Shown here: one piece after another, positions 24,416 to 38,000 of the stretch
Layout: every line of letters starts with the position of its first letter
Position numbering within the stretch: position 1 is the first letter of the stretch
Assembly: GCA_965285935.1 (NCBI GenBank)
Contig: OZ260664.1
Location: forward strand, 22,444,001-22,508,000
Source: Ophelia neglecta
Taxonomy: Eukaryota
Direction of reading: 5' to 3'
Length of the DNA: 64,000 nt
The notes under the pieces: generated by a model
Seen by the model: only the letters and a program-made list of their open reading frames with translations
What the model was told of the DNA's origin: nothing
Databases searched by the model: none
Translations under genes and position numbers: made by a program

Positions 24416-25114
24416 ATGGCGGCCGTAATTGGAAGACGAGATATACAACTGAAAGAGATGGGTACAACGACGACAGTTCCTGACAACCCTAAAGCCCGCT
24501 TGATGTTTTACCTGTGCTGTGTAAGTCAATGTCTGCCAGGCCTTAGAGACTTGGAAGAAATAAAGAAATTTGCAGACTACAAGAAATTTTATTTGCTTTC
24601 GGAAGAAGACACCAAAGCATTGATCGGATTTTGTCTGATCCTCTCACCTAAAGAAGTAATTGATAAGTGCTTTTTTGAAAATGACGACTTGTGTGGTGAT
24701 TTGTCAAATAAATTCTTCGAACTAGAGTACGCACAAACCGTCTTGGCAGTGACGGACAGCGTTCTCATTGGCGGACACCAGCGTCAGGTGAGAAGGATAA
24801 TGGCGCATGACAGCACGTGGCTGCGCAAACACTACTTCCGTCCAATAGAATCGTTGCACGCCGAGATTGAAGCCAGACGACACCAACATGTGACCATACA
24901 GATTGTAACCCCCGACCGAGTCGTTACTCAACCTCAGTCACATGGCTGCTGCTACCGGTGCTGCCGCGGTTGCTGCAGATGTAGTGGGTCAATATTAAAG
25001 TACTTCATGAACAAGGGTCTCGCGGGATGTATCTGTTGCATTATTCTTGTAGCCATGGCGCTTAATGCTTTGGGGTTGATTATTTATTTCTTAAGTGGTC
25101 TATTTTCCGATTAG
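24416..25114 (+). CDS. Uncharacterised Cys-rich tail-anchored membrane protein, paralog 3 (232 aa)
   Basis: True start ATG at 24416 (most of the track's upstream extension is intronic). Probable 5' UTR intron 24171-24407 (|GTAAGT...TTTCAG|). Colinear with paralog 2. Confidence 0.92.
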   Translation: MAAVIGRRDIQLKEMGTTTTVPDNPKARLMFYLCCVSQCLPGLRDLEEIKKFADYKKFYLLSEEDTKALIGFCLILSPKEVIDKCFFENDDLCGDLSNKFFELEYAQTVLAVTDSVLIGGHQRQVRRIMAHDSTWLRKHYFRPIESLHAEIEARRHQHVTIQIVTPDRVVTQPQSHGCCYRCCRGCCRCSGSILKYFMNKGLAGCICCIILVAMALNALGLIIYFLSGLFSD

Positions 25115-28100
25115 AGTTGCAAAATCGCATTAAAAAAGAAAGAGATTAATAGCAATCGACCTGCATAGTTTTAAGTACACGCTTATGTACACTTCATATC
25201 TTTAATAAGTTAATTGTGATTGAAAATCCAATTCGAACTTCAGAAACTAATATTTGGATCACGTGTACATTATTCTTTCAATAATTTATTCATGCTTTCA
25301 CATTATACTGTATGTGCATTATTTTTTAAATCACTTAACCATGTGCAAGTTAATACGAAATGTGAATGATTATTGAAAAAGAAAGAGTACATCAGGACGA
25401 ATTGGGTATGTTTTTAATATTTGTTCACCTGACCGTCTGCCAGGCATCCGGTCTACGGGCCAGGCATCTGATCAGCTGAGAGCATGCTATTTCCTATCAT
25501 AACAATAGGCTTCAGATTTACTGACTAATCTGAACAAATTCACCAACGTCATTTTACCCACACTAACCGCTTTTGGAAAATATGAAATTATTTGGTTGAC
25601 TTTGGTAAATTTTAGGTGCGGCATCGCTTTATTTTGCAATAAACACAGTGTATGCACAAATAGGGACAATTGTCTTATTTAGCCCTGCCTGTTTTAGGGA
25701 CTAATGATTTTGCTTTTTTATTTCAATGATGATTTATTGATAATAAAGAGTAAGAAATGCAAACGATTGGTTATTTGTATGTCATATTAATAAGAAAAGG
25801 GGAAAAAGTGCCTTATTTAAGGTTATGGGTACAAGTTGTACCAAATGTCCATAAAATTTGTTTTCATTCTTTGAAAATTGCGTTCTGTGGGCAATTGATT
25901 GTTTATACGAAGCTAGACATACTGGGGTATTAGGTATCATGGGGTTATTTAGGGGTGCTTTGAGTGTGGTGCTAAAAAATCACTGATATCCCTTGTAATT
26001 CGCCAGGCACCATATGGCGACAAAAAAAGTTTAATCATGAAAAACTTACATAGACCATCGCATTGGGGATCTACCCTTCCTGACTCCAAATACAGGTATT
26101 TTCAATCTCAAATACAATAATCTAAACAATTAATGGGATGTTTACTGCACTACAATCATTTGTCAAACAGCTATATTTGTAGAATGTTTCACTGAACATA
26201 CAACTAAGCGGGCAGGGACCCTTTATTACTCAGGACAAAGCAAGTGTTACGCGTTACTACCAATCAATGATCTATAAAGGGAGTAGTCTACCATGCTGTC
26301 ATGAAATAAGCTGAATAAAGGGCATTTAGACTGCCTTCTACAGGTAGACAGATTACACGAACACGTTTCTTTGTAAGAAATTTTGAAATGGTTCCGTAAG
26401 CTTTAATGTCTCAGCCGTCATGGCCCCAAATTGGGCATTTAGCCCCTCTATTTTATTTAAAATATTCGTATTTTTTCGAGGGTTCGTTTTAAATTTATAA
26501 CCTGGGTTAATACAATAGATTTCTTTTTTCTTTACCAGACAAAAAAAGGCAAACAATTGGTGGAAGTCTCCTATAAGCTTATCTAAAATACAAATGCCCC
26601 CCTCGAGGAGACTCATATTAGTAAGTATAGAATGAGTAATTTATAAGATAGCAGACTAATTGGGTCAAGGCTAATCTTTAATAAACTGGAACAACAAGTA
26701 TAATTGTAAATCTACTATTTCTTACTCTGAAGCACGGTTTCCATGGTTACAGATAAACTAGGCCTATGAACCGTGTACTGCACATAAGAACTCAAATGAA
26801 GCATTGATTTTGTGTCAATAATGTTTCTTAGTTTCGGTTTAATTACGCCGACAGTCTAATGGTAAGTACGACTGGCTGACATGCTGTAGGAAATCTCCGC
26901 CACGTCAGATTTAGATTACCGTGATATATATAGGCGTGCTGGGATATCAAGTTATAAAGGCGGCAGACAGAACCATTCTGTTTTTTGCAACCAACCTTCT
27001 GTCAGAAAATGCATAACAGCTCATCTTATTTTTCGTCAACAAAGTGCTACGACATTTTTATTCGTTTTTTATTCGTGACTCTTTTAAACTGAAACACTAC
27101 TCCGTATCTTGGAACTAGCCGATACGAATCTTCCATATGCACCCAAATGCTTAAAGCTAAACAGATCGGTGCACACACTACTTGACAGTTGCAAAACAAG
27201 GCAATCCTTCTAAAATTTCGACTTACCTAACTGGATTGACTTATCACATACGATGGATAGCACAATACCGGAAAAAAAACAGGAATAGATACCCGTCAGA
27301 CACTGATAATGTATAGTGCAATAAATCGGTACGAAATTAATATGCAGCAGCCACAGCAACACACACATGATGCGAGTCCGATCACAAAACAAACGAGTCG
27401 ATGGTCAAAGAAGGGGACAAGAAATGAAATATGTACCAAGAGAGGTTATGATGATGTAAAGTCTATCCTAATAATTAGGAAAGTTTAACGTGTCTCAGTA
27501 AACACTATACCAAACACTGGTGTAAAGTTAACTGTTGAAAAATCGAAATAATATCTTTTGTAATGAAAACGTGAACTTAAAAGGTTCTTTTCGATTTTAA
27601 AGAAAAATAAATCAAAACATGGACCATCATGGGGAAAGTCAGTGCATGGTATTTTAAGTACGATATTTACAAAGTAAATAATAATAAGCATTGAGCTCAC
27701 TTTGGGGGAAATGCTACTATCGTCTCATTTGTAACGCTTTCACTTTATATTTTTGACAGTTTAAGACGAATGTTACTACTGTACGAGGTAGCCATTTTCT
27801 TTATTCTGTTCCGCAAAAATGAGAAACGACTTTTTAGCAGCTGGGTGTAAGCTGGCACACTTTGCCTAGCAGGAGTTTTGATCCGTTGGGTGCAGCTTTC
27901 AACGGTCCAATTAATAAGCCTGCCCTGATGGATCACGGTACAGTCCCTGTCGGAAGCTGCAAGGTTCTCATGCTCCACACCATAGGGAACAGACTACTGT
28001 TGAACATCACAATTACACTCACAGTAGGACATATCCAATCCAGGTCTTTAAAACTAGGACGATTTATCAGGGAACCGTCAGATACAAACGGTGTCCAGTA

Positions 28101-31100
28101 ACTCGGCACAACGGATCTTTGGAGTTGTGTTTCATGAAATTGATTTCTAGACAAGTATAGGTGCTATGAAGCAAAACATGCTCTAGTGGACGCGCCATTC
28201 GCGATTTTTGGAAAAGAGTCAATATTCAAAAGAATAAGAAGAAACCGTTAATACTCATTGCCCAATAGGACCGCATTTACTTTGTACCAGCCACGCATAT
28301 AAATAATCACCCTCCAGACAAGCGGAAGCTTCTCGTGGTATGGGCCATTACTGCGGTTATGTTTCAGGCTTTCATGCTCGAATTCTGGGAAAAATGACGG
28401 GAAAAGAAACGTTCCAAGGATACAAAAATGAGGGCGACATTTTTGGGAAGAAGTTGCCTCAAAACGTATGCTCGAAAATCATTTGCAATCGGTATAATAT
28501 TAGAACTAATACGTACCGTTAACTACAAGGATTTTATGAATACAAACACAAACCTAATATATTTGCAATACAGTTTACAGCAAAGAAAACTCACCCTAGG
28601 TCTGACATATATAAAAGATAGCTTTGAAATGCCAACGGATTAGCAAAGGTCATATGAGATAATCCTTCCGTCCTAAAAAAGGACAACGTACATAGGTGAC
28701 CTACTAACGGTCAGGTTATTATGAAGCTATATAAAGAAAGGTTATAAATCTTGTTGACAGGCTGGCCTTTGGCGACCTTTTTTTTATTTTTTTGTTCGAT
28801 TGGTTAGGCCTTCATAATCGACACCTGCACTATCTCATCAATTACTTAAATACCTATAATCCAGCATTTATATAATGTCGTATAAGTTGCATGATAACTG
28901 GTGGCAAACAATAATTGCTCTGCTGAATTTAATATGAGATGCCTTACTCAATTTTAATTAGATATTTCCATCAATAATCTTGAATATTAGTGGTGAATTT
29001 TGATACGACTATAAAAAACACGTTTGTGGGCGTGAATGAGACATAATTGCACATATGTACACTTGTTGCCTTTGTTGATATTATATTAATTTTTTAGACA
29101 GTTAAATTCTCAGATTTTTTTCCATTGTAACAATTGGCATGAAAGAATATTGCGAGTGTTCAGGTCAACTATCAGCTGGCTCCTTGCTCTAGGTCATAAT
29201 GTTCCCTCAGTTAGGTCATAAAAGCCGCCATTGCTTAACAGAAAGGTAAAACAAATGTACAGTTTCTGCCAAACACATTTTGGAGATAAAATATGATTTA
29301 GGTTATTAGTATATACCTGTACAGAAATTCCGAGCAGATGTCTAAAGATAAAATGTGTGTTAAGTAATCTTTGCAGTTCCTCTACGAGGGCCTAGATTGT
29401 GCACTCGCTAAAGTAGAACAACGTACTCAGACACTCAAATTTCTGCTAACGCGAAAGAGCAAATGTATGTCACTCAGAAGTGACTCCATCAAGGCCACAT
29501 AAATAACCTGCTATCTGCCTCCAAAACCACCGCCGTCATGAGTTACTGACTGAGCTACATGAAGGAATATGCGCACGCGGTTATATCACCTGGTACAAAT
29601 GGACGCCAATAGTTCCTGAACCAGTTTCAAGGAGATGGGTATTGTGTTCTCTAGCTTGTTTCCTGTGGCTATAAACTCATCTGAACCCTAACCCCTGTGG
29701 AATGACCAAGATGGCCGCCTGCAAATGAGTTATTATTAAACCCAGTTCAAAGGCCTTTAGGTTATAACACTGGAGAAAAGGCGGCTTTTTGTGTGTATAT
29801 CAGGGGCGGAAAAGGTGAGGGTCGTCTGGCCTTGAGGTGCCGAGCGATAATCACCTGACTGACATGATTTACATCATTCATTTGGAAGGTTAGCAATAAT
29901 TAGACTGGCCTTGAAACTTGACTAATTCGTCAGTGGATTAGTAATAAATTGGTATTATTTATTGATAACTGGCTACTATAGATGCCCTGATCAGCATTCC
30001 GAACCCTGGAGACTCTATTTATACCATAGCAACTAGAAAAAAGAGTGTACGTTTCTTTCTTGCCGATGTGTATTTACCGACATTTCAATCGCGGTCTCCG
30101 GTGATTGCGTCAAAGAGTTCCGAACAGTAAGCATTCGAAGATATCGGCACGGCGAGATGGAAATAAAGCACTTAAGAGGGCAGGTAACTGGGTGATAACG
30201 GGCTTTGCCAGCCGCAGTGGTATCTCTGTCGATAAGGACCACCTAGGGTATTATTGCCCACGTCTAGAGCGGCCCTATCAGCGACCTCTACCCGGGCCTC
30301 AGCCTCCCAGCTACCAACAGTCTGAACAAAACACCACTGTACACTCAGGCTTGAGGATGCGACCCTGCTTTTGAATCATCCTTCGGAAACGGTGTCTTGG
30401 TGTTTGTTTCTGCAACGGGTATTGCTGCATCTTAAATACTTGTAACCAGGGAGCAGCTCGATTCTGGCGAACACGTAGTCTGGGTATTCACCACTGAATG
30501 TGTAAATATATTTAGCAGCACTATAAGTGCCAGGGAGAGGGATAACAGGGCGTTCATGTAACCGAGAGCGTGACCCTGTGCCAAATATACTCGAGTCCGT
30601 AACACATGGAATCCGCCATGGAACCTTCCAAAATATTGTTCTGTCAATCCGTCCGTCCTTATCATATGATTAATTCAAAGAAAAACCATGCATAATATAT
30701 ATATGTATAATAATCCTAGTTACTATTATGTTGCAAAAGCTACTGACACTAGCTTAGAAGTGAAAGCATTTAACAAATATATGGACGTTTGTCTGACGTT
30801 AATGTCCCTCGTAGCTCGTGTCACGCGCTTAAGCCGTCAAGAGGTACAGCCAGTGACTCAGACTCAGCACACACTTGCCAGTCAGGATATATGAAAAAAC
30901 TTACTTACTTTCTATGATTTCTGCCCGTATTTCGTTGTTTACGCCCATTTACAATATTCCAAAACAATGATTATATAGCACTGTGAAACTGCAGATTAGA
31001 ACCTCAGCATTCTGAATACACAAGCAGTTTTGATATCCTTCACTTAATCCAGGGGTTTAACCTCAGATCAGTACAGTACATCAGGTGTCTGAGGGAGGCC

Positions 31101-32699
31101 TGTAAGCGTTTGAGGCAGGTTTGTGACAGCAAATCGACAGAAGAGATCCGACGGTTCCATCACCGGCTGGTTGTTTTAATGGTTTATCCATGGGTGAGAA
31201 GGACAGGCCTATAGTCCGTGGGTGAGCCCGCTGTGGTAAGCACACGGAGGACGACGGCACATGGCAGCACACATGCCCATCCCCTCTGGTCGACCTGGCA
31301 GCGTTTGCTGTTTCTATTTTGATATTTGCCTACAGAGGCCGTGTAAACAAAAGTGTAAATCCTACTATATCAGCTGTATCTATCCACACACGTGGTTGCA
31401 TTTCGACACTGTTGTGTTATTCGCTGGTGAGCGTTCGTCTGCGTTTGGCGCCTCCATGAATAATAGATCTCACGTTGATGCACATCAAACGTATACCAAG
31501 CAATACTACACACCACGGCACTCGATCGCTGCCGTATTCCCGGCGCTAGGAACTCCTAACTTCTGGACCACGCAGACCTTCCACCACTTCTTGACGGACG
31601 CGCCGTACCGGATATCGGTTGGAGGAGAGCTGCTCCCTGGAAATGTCGCGTGGCGATAGGCCAGCGCGAGAGTTGGTCCCGCCAGCACGGACGCTGAGTG
31701 ACTGCGAGCAGGGTTACGTCACTCCCGATACATATATGGGGCGCAGGTTATGCGTGCAGCAGACCAGTTTCTCCCTCTATTCCAGCCTGCCCCCAGCCAC
31801 TACCAGGCAGCAGATCCTATTTCAGGATCAACGGCCTTAGCTTGTGGCGTACAAATAGAAGTCGACTTCAGCTATACACTGGATCGACATCTGGCGCAAC
31901 AACAAACTATATCACGGCTTTACTATAGCCAGCCTGTCACTTCTTGCACCACTTAGCCAAAAATAACTAAAAGGGGGCTAAACGTTTTGCTTTCATTGGT
32001 TAAAAATCTGGTCCCATAAAAAAAGATATATGTCCATGTAGGATTATAGTGTTCTAGGTCTTTGGATAAAAACAATGTCGAATCTATCCTCAGTTCAAGT
32101 GGTAGCTCTATCGTGGTAGCTACTGCTAGTGGTTGAGTCATTTACATTTTTATGAATTTGTTTCGGTGCCTTGTCATACAGTAAAAATGAACTGTTCGGA
32201 AAAATTTAACGCTTTTTTCGTATAGGAGAAAGACCGAATAACTGCTTATGCCTTGCCAGAGAATGACTATTTACGAGGGCTTTCACCGACCAGATTTGTG
32301 GATATATACACCTCTGCAACGACTTAAAAGTGATAAAGTTATAAGAAATGAAGTCCATGTGTTATGGATGACGGCCCATCTGTTAAGACGGATGACTTGT
32401 TGTGTTAGGAATAACGATTTTCTGTTAGTCGGCCTTCCTTTATTAGAATGTCGGTCTAGATTAAAGCTTGTTACGTCACTGGTGGATTTTAATATGGTTT
32501 ATTTTGTATTGACTCAAGGCAAGGAGAGTAGTACGTCGGACCGATGTACCTTCTTTCTAATAAGCAGGCATGAGTCAAGATCTGTTTTGAGCAGTTAAAA
32601 CATCATTTAATCAGGAATGACCCTGTATCCCATCTGGTCTGATTTTTCATTGTATGCCTTCTCGTCCGAACTTGACGGAAGTAATATTGTCTGCCGTCT

Positions 32700-33436
32700 C
32701 GTCTTAATTTGTCAGGCGCCACATTTTATGCTGTCATGTTTTACCATGTCAGATGTCACACTGAATTATGTCTCGTCTTACCAAGTCAGAGGATACATTG
32801 TATTCCGTCTCGTTTTACCATGTCAGATGTCACATTGTATTCCGTCTTGTCTTACCATGTCAGACGTCACATTGTATTCCATCCCGTTTTACCATGTCAG
32901 ACGTCACATTGTATTCCGTCTTGTCTTACCATGTCAGATGTCACATTGTATTCCGTCTTGTCTTACCATGTCAGATGTCACATTGTATTCCGTCTTGTCT
33001 TACCATGTCAGACGTCACATTGTATTCCATCTTGTCTTACCATGTCAGATGTCACATTGTATTCCGTCTTGTCTTACCATGTCAGATGTCACATTGTATT
33101 CCATCTCGTTTTACCATGTCAGACGTCACATTTTATTCCGTCTTGTCTTACCATGTCAGATATGACATTTTATTCCGTCTTGTCTTACCATGTCAGATGT
33201 CACATTGTATTCCGTCTTGTCTTACCATGTCATATGTCACATTGTACTCCGTCTTGTCTTACCATGTCAGATGTCACATTGTATTCCGTCTTGTCTTACA
33301 ATGTCAGATGTCACATTGTATTCCGTCTCGTCTTACCATGTCAGATGTCACATTGTATTCCGTCTTGTCTTACCATGTCAGATGTCACATTGTATTCCGT
33401 CTTGTCTTACCATGTCAGATGTCACATTGTATTCCG
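32700..33436. repeat. 37-bp minisatellite, about 19-20 copies (TTACCATGTCAGATGTCACATTGTATTCCGTCTTGTC)
   Basis: Directly visible. The 37-aa periodicity of the ORFs equals three 37-nt units. The left 2-3 copies are degenerate. Confidence 0.96.
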
Positions 33437-35016
33437 TTAGGTACTAACCTGAGTATTAATCTGAGTTTTTGTGTCGTCTTATCTTGCCTGTTTTATATTA
33501 TTTTGTTTGCCGTCACTTTAAATTTATCAGAAAATACATTATATGCCCTCTCATCATAGCTTGTCACACCACATACAATGTAATATTCAATGAAGTAAGA
33601 CGAAACGGCATATACTGTAACTTGTGTTTTGGGCGCACTTTTTTGAAGATTTCATTATGATATTAGATAAATACAGAGGGATTTAGTTTTTATTCTCAGC
33701 CGGAACTAAATTTATTGTATGAACACGTTTGTAACTATAAAGAGGGCAACTTTATTGACAAAACAGAGATCAGGCAGGGCGTTCTAGGAGAGTCCACTCC
33801 ACAAAACAAGGTCATTGGTTCTAAACATTGTTATCACACGAAAACACAGGAAAAGGCATTTCAACCCTGCATTTGAGCCAATATTTTTTTTTTTAAAGTA
33901 CAACTTATTTAAAGTTCATGGTTTGAATAGCCCTATGTCAAAATGCTTACCAAAAATATTTGTTTAAAGATCTATCAGAATTAGATTATTTATTTGGAAA
34001 ATGCTTCAATAACAAAATTAGCACCTGCAGGCGGTTGCTTAGTTAAAGCATTAAACTTCGTTTAAACTGTTCTCACTGTTCTACCAGAATCTGTAACTCA
34101 AAAACGGTTCCACTCTAGAAAAGCATTTGTGTTGGGGCAAAAAACTGACCACAAAAGTATATCGTTTGATATGATTAACACTCGGCAATTTATCCGTGTC
34201 TACAAACGCTGATGGTTTTGCTCGTGGATTAGATTGTCCGATGTAGTATGTTTTCGATGGTTCTTTACACCCAGGTGTGAACGGGTGTAGTTTGCAATGT
34301 ACACGGTTGTCTTAACACCATTGTGTTTACGTCAGGAAAAGCCGGATTTTCAAGTTAAGGCGTAAAATCCTAAAACATCGGCGCAAAAATGAATGGTGGG
34401 CTCAACCTGCTAAGATATTCTATCATTCTACGAAAACAATGATAGTTTAACATGTTCTGAAGCGAATATGAACCCTGTACATAAAAGGGACATATGAGGT
34501 TCACTTATAAAGCCATAGTCCTTCTCTTCTGCTTGGCAAGATCAAATCTGTATTGATTCTACCTCGCGTCAGTAATTCGAAGAAAAAAAGCTAAACAAGT
34601 GTGTCGCTGATGAACAAAAATGAAAAGAACGCGTCAATGAGCTGATTGAAGATTACTCTCTTATTCCTTAGTACATATAAAGAATCAAAAATTAAATTAA
34701 CGTGATTATTTTAAGCGTTTGATGAGTATTTTGCGAAAAACGAAGAATACCTAGCTTTCTGTACATCGTGAACTATTGCACTGATAACTAAAGACCGTGC
34801 AACTTTAATACTGTAGACCATGTGTTAATAATTATCAACGAAAACTGAACTTAATAAATATACAACAAGTCATGTTGTACGGAAAGGGTGTATATTAACA
34901 TCAGTGTTTAGATCTCAATATAGGTTAAATGTCTCGGTGGCAGCCTGTAACACAACAACAGATAACAGCGACTAATTATCACAGCCAATGAGAATCTTTC
35001 TATTAACAAAACAGTC

Positions 35017-38000
35017 CTAATATGGTGTTTCCAATGCTGGTCCTACGTAAGTATCCATCCAATCAGGTGTTGTTCCTTTCAGACAACCAGTAGGAGGGTA
35101 AAGGGGTGTCGCCCTCAGGCGAGATGAACGATAAGAGGTGGAGCTAGGTGGCCTGACCGACGGGGGGCGGACTCCGCCTACCGACTGAAGCATCTCCTGC
35201 AGCATTTGTTTATCTGTCAAATGAAAATAACTGACGTGAAAAATAAGTGAACCGCATAAAGTTATTGGTTTCATGTCGAAAGTATCTTGGAACAAAGTAG
35301 TATAAATGTTTCATCAGCATGACAGGCTTAAGGCATACTACTCGTGCAGCGAAAATATAAGAGAAAGATGAATAGCATGGCAAAAACAAACAAAATGTTT
35401 TAGTTTTGTTAGTTAGCTGAATACGAAGTAAGATAATAATGCTACGACGAAAGAGAAAGAGATACTTAGATACCATTGTTACTGTGGACTGCCTTCTCCC
35501 CTGCTAGAAGCTACAAATAGCAGAAATAGACCGGCTAGCACAAGATGTTAAGCTCAAAGCATGCAGAGAGACGAGACTCAAAGATGAGGCCCCGCCGAAA
35601 ATATGGTACATGATAGTAGTATTCGAATGAAGTTGAAAAATAGAAATAGAACAATTATGAAACACTCAATACAAGAACATGTGTGCTATACAAAGGGAAG
35701 AAGATCACAAGAAAGCATGTTTGGTCAAAAGCTTTGTGGGTCAATAAAGAACCTGCAAAACTGATTTTAAAACCTTATTTTTTACACTTTGTTTCACAGA
35801 ATAGCCAATTAGTTGCCGGTCGGGCTTTCAGGACACATTTGTTTGTGTTGAGTAAAAATAGATTGCATGTATCAATTGCAACCTCAGCATTTTCGCTTCT
35901 CTTTTTATTTTAAACATTTGTGCAATGCTCATTGGGTGATTTTATTCGTTTGACCGGACATTTACTTCTGGTTTATTTTCATTAACACTCAGTCCGAAGC
36001 AATTTTTGCAGGTGCAATATTCTTGAAAACGGCCGGTTGGGAAAGAGAAAATATCTCCTAAAAATGGTAGCTTCAAATGACTTTTAGTAAGGTTTATTTT
36101 TGGTGTCCTGACCTGTATCGCTGGCGCTGTCCATGGTGGGTTGGAGAGCCATGCCGTACGGGTAGACGTGTGGGGTACGAACTCGGGTAGGTCGAGTGTG
36201 GGTAACTCCAGGCTGAACATACTCCCGCTCATAAGTAGTGCGAGTGTTTATATCCAGATGGCGCTTGGAGGTTGTTGGCACTGAAACCAAACAAGAAGGT
36301 ATGTCTTGGGCATCAATCAGTTTTCTTAATTGGGATTTTTAAAGTCGGGTGATCTTGTAATGCCGTGCAGTAAGTAACCTTATTCAGCAAACCTTGTGCG
36401 CAGAATATGGCTATTTCATGGGTCAAATTAAGTGATGCGTCAAGCCGCTTGTTTTTACAATGTGCGAGGAATAAAGCTACTTTCTGCGCGGCATTACACA
36501 GTGAGCGATATTCCCGGCTTCTTGATGTATGTCTTAGGGTATGTGAGCTTTCTTAAGGAATGTATGCTGTTTATTTCTACTGACCGACTCCGTTGGCCGG
36601 GACATGTTTAGTTTTGTTACAGCCGTATCTGGAGTTGTTGCCTTTTAGCTCGCCAGTCACCTCAGGTTTCTGATACGTGTGGCGGGTAGAAGAGTCCAAG
36701 GTGTATGGAACTTTGGATTTCCAGTCAGCTTTGTCGTCGTACGCGCTAGCCACTTGAAAACCTGAATATAAACAGATACTACAGAAAATATCACTTGAGG
36801 GATGCTAACCCCAAATCTCACCAAACACTCAAATTTTATTTAATGCCGGTATGACAATAACAAAAAAAATGATTAGTCACAAGACTATTAAACAGACCAA
36901 AACGAGTCTGATGGAAATGGGTGACGGTGGTGATACAGTGATAATATATATAGATAATATGAGATTCACATGAATTGGAATGGCCTAAAAAATAAAATAA
37001 GCAAGCACCATAATATTATTATTATTTGATCCCCTGACTCAGAAGTCCCCCCAACTCAAAATACTAGGATAACAATACACCGAAGACGTAAAGAAACAGT
37101 GTTTTTGCGACCGGTGGGGGTGGGGAGGGTGGGGGTTAAACCAGAACTTCCATACCTGATCTCTGTTATATTAGGCTTTCTAGACAGAAGTTCTTTAAAT
37201 AAGAGTGTTCCAAGACTGGGGAACTCCTGGCTTAGGGTTAGGGTTAAAAAATGTAATCCTGGGCGGTTTGGAAGGGGGCGGGGGGCTTCGAGCCAGCGGA
37301 CTTCCACTACTTTTAGACCGGGGCTTGGCAGTGTGCTCCCCGTGTTAGAAACTGTTCATCCCAAACGGACATGTTGTTACCAGGATAAAAAGCTAACAGA
37401 ATCTTTTATTTTCTACAATTGACTGATAATGATTGATCGGTACATTTTTATATAAACCTATAACTCGTTTTACCTTGAGGAATTCCTAAATAGTCTTGCT
37501 GATATGTGGACATGAGTTTTCCTCGGCAGACTTTATCCATCATGTCGTCTGTCAGCTCTCCAGACCACTCGCTGGTCGGATTCTCTCCTTGAGGGCGCTG
37601 TGGTAGCTTCCACACCATAAAGGCCTTGTAAATAGATACGACATTGTGTCATGTCTTAAATCAGAAGCGACTTAATCGAAGTCAAAACATGAGTTTATAC
37701 TAATACACATTTCATTAAAGTAGTATTAGTAGTGTGTGGTATAAAATACTGCTCTATACGTGAGAAATATTTGTCCTTTTCCATTTGCCAGCAGTACGTT
37801 AAAAAATGATTGCATACGCATTTAAGCTACGATACCTCTTTAATTTGCTATTTTATTATGTTTTCACAATATGGAGTGAATTTTTTATTGCATTTACATC
37901 TATGTGCATACAAATTTGTCTGCCTGATATGCGACTATCTGATATGCAGCCACATTCGATGGCAAAATACCCAAACCTAGAGATACATTGATCTTTTTCA

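Noticed and set aside
25478-28185. Possible 2.7-kb DNA transposon bounded by AGAGCATG / CATGCTCT
   Set aside because: Only 8 bp of perfect inverted match, no convincing TSD and no recognisable transposase motif.
32617-33559. Overlapping 182-263 aa Cys/His-rich ORFs, and a superficial resemblance to a CRISPR array
   Set aside because: Artefacts of a stop-free 37-bp tandem repeat. Units are contiguous with no unique spacers, and the context is eukaryotic.
35474-35500. Possible 27-nt frame-preserving micro-exon in the last TEX26-like intron
   Set aside because: Weak donor (GTATCT) and no homology support; expected by chance.
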